Positions 57,781 to 64,000 of a DNA stretch of 64,000 bases are shown in pieces. Under the pieces are notes generated by a model. The model had not been told where the DNA came from. It saw only the letters and a program-made list of their open reading frames with translations, and ran no database searches. Both the position numbers and the translations under genes were made by a program. Every line of letters starts with the position of its first letter. Position 1 is the stretch's first letter. This DNA is from Candidatus Levyibacteriota bacterium. GTDB taxonomy: Bacteria > Patescibacteriota > Microgenomatia > Levybacterales > UBA12049. The DNA is taken from positions 15,576 through 79,575 of the forward strand of contig PJMG01000001.1 of NCBI GenBank assembly GCA_003173895.1. Reading direction: 5' to 3'.

Positions 57781-59802
57781 ATGGATCTTAATGCAAAAAT
57801 TAAAACTCAAGGTGGAGTTTATAAAAGATATGCACCACTCCTAGAAAAATTAGAAATAATAAATTTTTCGGATTTTCTATATCATATCCCTTCTCATTTC
57901 GATGATTTTACAAATATAAAAAAAATAAAAGATTTGCAAATTGGGGAAATAACAACACTAATCGGAACTATTGAAACAGTTAAAAATGTTTATACTAAAT
58001 CATATAAAAAGATACAACAAGTAGTTATTACAGACGAAACCGGAAAATTAGAGTTAGTCTGGTTTAATCAACCATTTATTTTAAATGTAATTAAAAAAGG
58101 AGATAAAATCTCAGTAGCAGGTAGAATAGAAAAAACTGGAAATTTTAAGATTGTTTCACCTGAATATGAAATTTTATTTAATGAGCAAACCAACTTAATT
58201 CATACAGGAAGATTAGTACCTGTATATCCTTTGACTCAGGGTTTAACGTCTAAATGGATTCGACGACAAACATATAAACTAATTCATGAAAATTTAGAAA
58301 ATTTAAATGATTATTTACCTATTTTAATTTTAAATGAGCAAAATTTAATGCCATTAACAAGTGCGTTTGAACAGTTACATTTTCCAAAAACTCTATCAGA
58401 TTTTAATAAAGCTAAAGAAAGATTAGCATTTGATGAAATTTTCATTTTAGATCTACTTTCTAAACAAAGAAAACAGTTATGGAATAAAAATAAAACCAAC
58501 TTAAAAATAAATTATGAAAAATATAAAGATAAAATTGAAGATTTTATAAAAAATTTGCCTTTTGAATTAACAAATTCTCAAAAAACAGCCATTAATGATA
58601 TGTTTTCAGATTTTAAAAATTTGAAATCTATGAATAGACTCCTTTTAGGAGATGTAGGAAGTGGTAAAACTATCGTAGCAGCTATTTTAATGTATTTAGC
58701 TCATTTAAATGGATATAAATCAGCTTTCATGGCACCAACTGAAATTTTAGCGACTCAACATTTTAAAACAATATCTAATCTACTAATACCACTTGGTCTA
58801 AAAATTGGAATACAAACAGGCAGCCAGAAAACGTTTAATCAAAATAACACAATTAATATAATTATTGGTACTCATGCACTCCTTTCAGATAAGCTTAATA
58901 TTCCAAACTTAGGCCTAGCTATAGTGGACGAACAACATAGATTTGGAGTCGAACAAAGAACTATTCTGAGAAAAAAAGGTGATAATATTCATTTTTTAGC
59001 CATGTCAGCTACACCTATCCCCAGAACTGTAGTCTTAACTGCATATGGAGATCTCGATGTCTCATATCTATCTGACATGCCAAAAGGAAGAAAAGTAATT
59101 AAAACTTGGCTTGTCCCTAATAATAAAAGAGAAGGAGCATATAAATGGATAGAAAAGCAAATTAAAAAGGGTGATCAAGCTTTTATTGTTTGTCCATTTA
59201 TCGAAGAATCAGAAAGTATGACTACGGTTAAAGCAGCCAAAAAAGAATTTGAGAGACTACAGAAAGAAATTTTCCCCAACTTAAAACTTGCTATGTTACA
59301 TGGAAAAATAAAAGCTAAAGAGAAAGACAAAATTCTATCGGATTTTAAAGATAAAAAATATGATATTTTAGTAGCCACTCCTGTCGTGGAAGTAGGGATT
59401 GATATTCCAAATGCTACAATCATATTAATCGAAGCTGCAGAGAGATTTGGATTAGCACAACTTCACCAACTTAGAGGTAGAGTAGGACGAGGAGAAAAGC
59501 AATCTTATTGTTTATTATTTAGTGAATCCAATAATATTCAAACTAGAGAACGACTCAAAAAAATGGAAAATATAAGTAGTGGGATAGAATTGGCTGAATT
59601 AGATTTACATTTACGGGGTGGAGGAGATATTTACGGAACTCTTCAATCTGGAAGTAAATTATTAAAAATAGCTTCATTTTCTGATTTTGAATTAATTTCT
59701 AAAGCTAAAAATGCAGCAAATAAAATTTGGCCGGAAATTAAAAAATATCCTGAACTTTTAAAAAAATTAGAAGAAAACTCCCATGATATAATGCCCGATT
59801 AA
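57781..59802 (+). CDS. recG: ATP-dependent DNA helicase RecG
   Basis: GDVGSGKT, DEQHRFG, SATPIPR, QLRGRVGR. Confidence 0.97.
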   Translation: MDLNAKIKTQGGVYKRYAPLLEKLEIINFSDFLYHIPSHFDDFTNIKKIKDLQIGEITTLIGTIETVKNVYTKSYKKIQQVVITDETGKLELVWFNQPFILNVIKKGDKISVAGRIEKTGNFKIVSPEYEILFNEQTNLIHTGRLVPVYPLTQGLTSKWIRRQTYKLIHENLENLNDYLPILILNEQNLMPLTSAFEQLHFPKTLSDFNKAKERLAFDEIFILDLLSKQRKQLWNKNKTNLKINYEKYKDKIEDFIKNLPFELTNSQKTAINDMFSDFKNLKSMNRLLLGDVGSGKTIVAAILMYLAHLNGYKSAFMAPTEILATQHFKTISNLLIPLGLKIGIQTGSQKTFNQNNTINIIIGTHALLSDKLNIPNLGLAIVDEQHRFGVEQRTILRKKGDNIHFLAMSATPIPRTVVLTAYGDLDVSYLSDMPKGRKVIKTWLVPNNKREGAYKWIEKQIKKGDQAFIVCPFIEESESMTTVKAAKKEFERLQKEIFPNLKLAMLHGKIKAKEKDKILSDFKDKKYDILVATPVVEVGIDIPNATIILIEAAERFGLAQLHQLRGRVGRGEKQSYCLLFSESNNIQTRERLKKMENISSGIELAELDLHLRGGGDIYGTLQSGSKLLKIASFSDFELISKAKNAANKIWPEIKKYPELLKKLEENSHDIMPD

Positions 59803-59805
59803 ATA

Positions 59806-59840
59806 AAAAAATGGCCGCTGTCCCCTGATTACAACGGCCA
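59806..59840 (-). terminator. intrinsic terminator (minus-strand polarity)
   Basis: Reverse complement TGGCCGTTGT-loop-ACAGCGGCCA followed by a U-tract. Confidence 0.6.
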
Positions 59841-59947
59841 ATTATAATTATACATCCGAAAATGAAAAATAGTTGAAGATTTAGTAAGTAATTTGTAAAA
59901 ATAAATCAATATTGCCAACTCTATGTTATTTTTGCTAAAATACCTAT

Positions 59948-60133
59948 ATGCCACACGAACCAAAAAGACGACATTCAACTGAGAGAAAAGGCCAAAGACG
60001 AGCCGCTATAAAATTGAATACACCAAAAGGTGTTATTTGTGCTAATTGCGGAAAAAGTATAAAAGCACATAGTATTTGTAAATATTGTGGTTATTATAAA
60101 GGGAAACAAGTTCTAAAAACCCCTAAAAAATAA
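59948..60133 (+). CDS. rpmF: 50S ribosomal protein L32
   Basis: PKRRHS, CANCG...H.ICKYCGYYKG. Confidence 0.93.
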   Translation: MPHEPKRRHSTERKGQRRAAIKLNTPKGVICANCGKSIKAHSICKYCGYYKGKQVLKTPKK

Positions 60134-60499
60134 ATGAAAGCACCTCTAGATCCTAGACATCAAAAAAGACAAAATCTTTTGGAAGAGATTTTTAAAATGG
60201 ATTTTTTACCTCAAGAAGTAAGTAGTAAAGCAAAAGAAATTTATAGTAAAAAAAAAGAATTGGATGAGCTTATAGTTAAATCTGCACCAGCTTTTCCGAT
60301 TGATAAAATTAACAAAGTGGATTTAGCTATTTTAAGACTTGCTTTTTATGAACTTTTTTTTGAAAAAAGTGAACCACCAAAGGCTATAATAGATGAAGCA
60401 ATAGAATTAGCTAAAGAATATGGGGGAGAAACTAGCCCGTCTTTTATAAATGGAGCACTTGGGAAAAATCTTGATATAATAAAATCGAAAGGAAAATAA
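60134..60499 (+). CDS. nusB: transcription antitermination factor NusB
   Basis: VDLAILRLA, IDEAIELAKEYG, FINGAL. Confidence 0.92.
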   Translation: MKAPLDPRHQKRQNLLEEIFKMDFLPQEVSSKAKEIYSKKKELDELIVKSAPAFPIDKINKVDLAILRLAFYELFFEKSEPPKAIIDEAIELAKEYGGETSPSFINGALGKNLDIIKSKGK

Positions 60500-61158
60500 T
60501 GTTACCAAAATTTAAAAACCAAAAATTATTTGAACAGGCTTTTATTCATCGATCTTACTTAAATGAATTTAGACATTTAGAAGAATCTAATGAAAGACTA
60601 GAGTTTTTAGGTGATAGTATTTTATCTTTTGTGGTTTCTTGTTATCTTTATGATCATTTCCCACAATTTGAAGAAGGTACATTAACTAATGTTAGATCTA
60701 ATTTAGTTAATACTAAAATTCTAGCCAAATTAGCTAATAATTTAGGCTTTGGTAAATTATTAAAACTTTCTAAAGGAGAAGAGGAGAGTAATGGACGAGA
60801 AAATCAAAGTTTACTGGCTGATAGTTTTGAGGCATTTATCGGAGCATTATTTTTAGATCAGGGTCTAGAGATAGTCAAAGAATTTATTCTATCCAATTTA
60901 GATTCAGAATTAAAACTTTTGATTAGTGGAAAATCATTAAAAGATCCAAAGAGTTTACTTCAAGAGAAATCACAAGCAGCTAAATTTGGTACTCCTGTTT
61001 ATAAAGTTATTGATGAATCTGGCCCTGCACATAGTAAAATTTTTACAGTTCAAGTGGCTATAAATGATAAAATCGAGGGTATTGGGAAGGGTAAATCTAA
61101 ACAAGAAGCTGAGATCGAAGCCGCTAAAGTCGCTCTTGAGAAGAACTTCTTAAAATGA
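60499..61158 (+). CDS. rnc: ribonuclease III
   Basis: NERLEFLGDS signature plus dsRBD. Confidence 0.96.
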   Translation: MLPKFKNQKLFEQAFIHRSYLNEFRHLEESNERLEFLGDSILSFVVSCYLYDHFPQFEEGTLTNVRSNLVNTKILAKLANNLGFGKLLKLSKGEEESNGRENQSLLADSFEAFIGALFLDQGLEIVKEFILSNLDSELKLLISGKSLKDPKSLLQEKSQAAKFGTPVYKVIDESGPAHSKIFTVQVAINDKIEGIGKGKSKQEAEIEAAKVALEKNFLK

Positions 61159-61170
61159 TAAAATACAAAT

Positions 61171-61404
61171 ATGGCATTAACAATTAGACTTACTAAACTT
61201 GGTAAAAAAGGCGAGGCTAAATTTAGAGTTATCGTTAAAGAAAAACGTGATAAAAGAGATGGAAAAGCTCTAGAATTTTTAGGCTTTTTTGAAAAATTGA
61301 CCGGTGGACGTGTGAATAAAAATTTAAAAATGGATCGTATTAAATACTGGATGTCTATGGGTGCTAAACCCAGTGCAACAGTTAGAAAATTAATAGAAGG
61401 ATGA
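61171..61404 (+). CDS. rpsP: 30S ribosomal protein S16
   Basis: IRLTKLGKK, RDGK, GAKPSATV. Confidence 0.93.
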   Translation: MALTIRLTKLGKKGEAKFRVIVKEKRDKRDGKALEFLGFFEKLTGGRVNKNLKMDRIKYWMSMGAKPSATVRKLIEG

Positions 61405-61646
61405 AAGACGCTCTTTTATACATATTAAAATCTATAGTTGAAGATACAGATTCTTTATCTGTTGATGAAAATGATGACAATGGATTCGTTACTTTAGTAA
61501 TTCATGCAAATCCAAGTGAAATCGGGAAAATAATTGGTAAAAATGGAAAGATTATTAGAAGTATCAGAAATGTAATAAAAATTAAAGCTATTAAGGAAAA
61601 TAAGAAGATTCAAATCTCTATTGCAGAAACAAATCCACAAATATAA
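61401..61646 (+). CDS. khpA: KH-domain RNA-binding protein
   Basis: IGKIIGKNGKII; follows rpsP. Confidence 0.85.
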   Translation: MKDALLYILKSIVEDTDSLSVDENDDNGFVTLVIHANPSEIGKIIGKNGKIIRSIRNVIKIKAIKENKKIQISIAETNPQI

Positions 61647-61657
61647 TTATCACCTGG

Positions 61658-62356
61658 ATGAAAATAAACATTTTAACTCTTTTCCCAGAAATGTTTTCTG
61701 GCCCATTTCAACACTCAATAATTAAAAGAGCTATTTTTGATAAAAAAATTCAAGTTAATTTTATAAATATTCGTGATTTTGGTTTAGGAAAACATAAAGT
61801 GGTGGATGATAAGGTTTTTGGTGGGGGAGTAGGGATGATTTTAAGAGTAGATGTTATAGCAAAAGCTTTAGAGTCAATAAAAGAAGCTAATTCGCCAGCT
61901 GGCGGAAAAACAAAAACCATTTTATTAGATGCGAGAGGCAAAACTTTTAGTCAAAAGCTTGCAAAAGAGTTTTCAGATTTTGAAATATTAAATATCATTT
62001 GTGGACATTATGAAGGGTTTGATGAGAGAATTTTAGAATTAGTAGATGAAACCATCTCAATTGGAGATTTTATTTTAACTGGTGGAGAAATCGCAGCTAT
62101 GCTAATTACAGATAGCGTAGCGCGTTTAGTATTAGGCGTTTTAAAAGATGGAGCAACCAATAATGAATCATTCTCAATTTCTGATCAAGACCATAATCAA
62201 CTTTTAGAATATCCCCAGTATACACTCCCTCGTGAATTTAATGGCATGAAAGTTCCAGAAATTCTTTTAAATGGTAATCATAAAGAAATAGAGAAATGGA
62301 AAAAAGAAAAAGCTATAGAAATAACTAAGAAACAACGGCCTGATTTAGTGAGATAA
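61658..62356 (+). CDS. trmD: tRNA (guanine-N1)-methyltransferase
   Basis: LTLFPEMF, GGGVGM, CGHYEGFDER, SIGDFILTGGE. Confidence 0.96.
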   Translation: MKINILTLFPEMFSGPFQHSIIKRAIFDKKIQVNFINIRDFGLGKHKVVDDKVFGGGVGMILRVDVIAKALESIKEANSPAGGKTKTILLDARGKTFSQKLAKEFSDFEILNIICGHYEGFDERILELVDETISIGDFILTGGEIAAMLITDSVARLVLGVLKDGATNNESFSISDQDHNQLLEYPQYTLPREFNGMKVPEILLNGNHKEIEKWKKEKAIEITKKQRPDLVR

Positions 62357-63037
62357 AATCCCGCTTTGACTGGAAATATTATAAAAATTAGAATTAAACA
62401 CGGATAAATCTCTAATAGTTTTTAAATCGTCTGTTGATAAAGTGGAAAGAGGAAGTACAGGATTAAAAGCTACTGTAGTAGTGGGATCATAATAAAAAGA
62501 AACAGTTATTAAAGATGTATTTACACCTTGAATGGTTATTTGCGTAATATTATTTAAAGGTAATTCATTTTTAATTGCCCCTAGAAATTCTTCTACTTGT
62601 GTAGCACCGCCTAAAATAGTTAGGTTAATTCCAATACTATTTTGATTTACCAAGTTAGTTTTTAAGTCTCCTATTTGAAAATTATAATCACCCAAAGAAA
62701 CTCCTGATTTATTTTCTGCATCTGCTATAGAATTTAATATTCCTTCAAAATCTTTTGTTTGAGGAAGAGCACTTGTAACAGTATTAGTATAGTTATCTAG
62801 ATTATTAGTACTCAGACTAGTTGCTATATTCAAATTTTTATTTAGAATAGATAAAGTATTTTCAGCATTTTGCAAGTCACTTTTTTCATTTTGATAATTC
62901 TGTATATTAGAAAGAGTAAAGTAGAAAAATATTAAAATCCCCAACAACCCGAAAATAGATGGTAAAATGTACTCTTTATATTTTAAATAAAGTATTCTAA
63001 ATGTAGTTGAGTTAGAAAAATTAATATTTAAATCCAT
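62345..63037 (-). CDS. PilO-like type IV pilus assembly protein
   Basis: TM plus coiled coil plus ALP...; third gene of a pilM-N-O order. Confidence 0.6.
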   Translation of the reverse strand: MDLNINFSNSTTFRILYLKYKEYILPSIFGLLGILIFFYFTLSNIQNYQNEKSDLQNAENTLSILNKNLNIATSLSTNNLDNYTNTVTSALPQTKDFEGILNSIADAENKSGVSLGDYNFQIGDLKTNLVNQNSIGINLTILGGATQVEEFLGAIKNELPLNNITQITIQGVNTSLITVSFYYDPTTTVAFNPVLPLSTLSTDDLKTIRDLSVFNSNFYNISSQSGILSH

Positions 63038-63038
63038 A

Positions 63039-63563
63039 TTAAAAAATTTGTCCTGATATTGATAATGAATATTTACCAGTGCCTGAATCTAAAAGGACAG
63101 AACTTATAACTATATTACTAAATATTTCTTTTTTGTTATAAAGTCCTATTAAAAAATCTGAAACATTATTAATATCTTTTAGGTTCTGAGAAGAAAAAGA
63201 AGCTGAGATATTTTTTTTATCAACTGAAACACTATCTGTGGATACGTCTGAGGGAATCCCATTTAAAATGGTTGATAAATAACCCTCGAAATTATCTCTA
63301 CTTTTTAAGATATTATTTATTTTAGTTAATCTATCTTTTATAAAAAGCAGTTTAGAAATTTTATCGTTTTGGGCTTTTATTTTATTTTCCACATATGATT
63401 CTTGAACTGTAACGTAGCTGGGATCAGAAATTTTACTTAAATAGAAAAATATTAAACCTAAAAGTAAACTTAAACCAAAAAAAGTATAAGAAACTATTTT
63501 AAAAATTAGGATGCCATTATTAGATTTTTTATTTATTCGTAATAAATTTATTTCATCATTCAT
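63039..63563 (-). CDS. PilN-like type IV pilus assembly protein
   Basis: INLL N-terminal motif, TM, coiled coil; follows pilM. Confidence 0.65.
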   Translation of the reverse strand: MNDEINLLRINKKSNNGILIFKIVSYTFFGLSLLLGLIFFYLSKISDPSYVTVQESYVENKIKAQNDKISKLLFIKDRLTKINNILKSRDNFEGYLSTILNGIPSDVSTDSVSVDKKNISASFSSQNLKDINNVSDFLIGLYNKKEIFSNIVISSVLLDSGTGKYSLSISGQIF

Positions 63564-64000
63564 AAGTTCTCATAGCTAAACCTACAGCTATAGTGAAAGA
63601 AGGTGCATCATTAGTAATTTCAGCTGGTAATTTTTGATCTTTTAAGATTTTCCAAGGATTTCCTATAACTGTTTCTATTCCAGTATCAGCCGTAAAATAG
63701 GCATCTAAACCAGGAAGATTAGCACTTCCTCCACTAAGTATTAATTGGCTAATTGGGTCATCATTAGGATATTTTTCTTTATAAAAAGCTACTGCCTTTT
63801 TAATTTCCCCGCTTAGAGTGGAGAGGATGGGAATAGCTGCATGTCCGATTTTCCCTGAAAAATTATCTTTTTCTATTCCATAAGTTTTTTTATATTCTTC
63901 CGCTTGGCTAGCTGAAAATCCAAAATCAGATGCTATAGCTCGAGTTAAAGCTACACCACCTACAGGAACTGTATATACGAAAATTAAAAATGAATTTTTA
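63556..64000 (-). CDS. pilM: type IV pilus assembly protein PilM (C-terminal part, runs off the window)
   Basis: Reverse translation gives PVGGVALTRAI, ILSGGSANLPGL, GNPW, FTIAVGLAMR. Confidence 0.88.
   Translation of the reverse strand, partial: KNSFLIFVYTVPVGGVALTRAIASDFGFSASQAEEYKKTYGIEKDNFSGKIGHAAIPILSTLSGEIKKAVAFYKEKYPNDDPISQLILSGGSANLPGLDAYFTADTGIETVIGNPWKILKDQKLPAEITNDAPSFTIAVGLAMRTYE

Noticed and set aside
59948..62356. No rimM between khpA and trmD, and no acpP near rnc
   Set aside because: Absence from one window says nothing about the genome, and such streamlining is expected in CPR.

Overview
AT-rich bacterial chromosome segment whose gene content points to a Candidate Phyla Radiation (Microgenomates-like) organism (inference from the short PheT, ThrS and trigger factor, the rpmF-nusB-rnc-rpsP-KH-trmD gene order, pilMNO and many orphan proteins). 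It carries housekeeping genes (proS, thrS-infC-rpmI-rplT, pheST, tyrS, recG, murL/murD, murE, a class A PBP), five tRNAs and a dense set of amino-acid and peptide-modifying enzymes. Main findings: (1) a family of unannotated leader-peptide attenuators with 1:2/2:3/3:4 architecture, two of them near-identical (MKSTQMYIVLFINR and MSSKYAQVFVLIINR), in front of a PLP decarboxylase + PGM1-like ATP-grasp ligase + M20 peptidase cluster; (2) an attenuator-led pair made of a protein resembling fungal tRNA-dependent arginine cyclodipeptide synthases (AnkA type) and a DUF917 protein; (3) a compact T-box riboswitch with a candidate Pro specifier upstream of ornithine cyclodeaminase-proS; (4) a PrnB/IDO-like heme protein beside a single-Cys racemase; (5) pervasive leaderless promoters and small repeats inserted in coding sequence. 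No CRISPR array, rRNA, IS element or prophage was seen. All family calls come from motif recognition by eye, not database searches.
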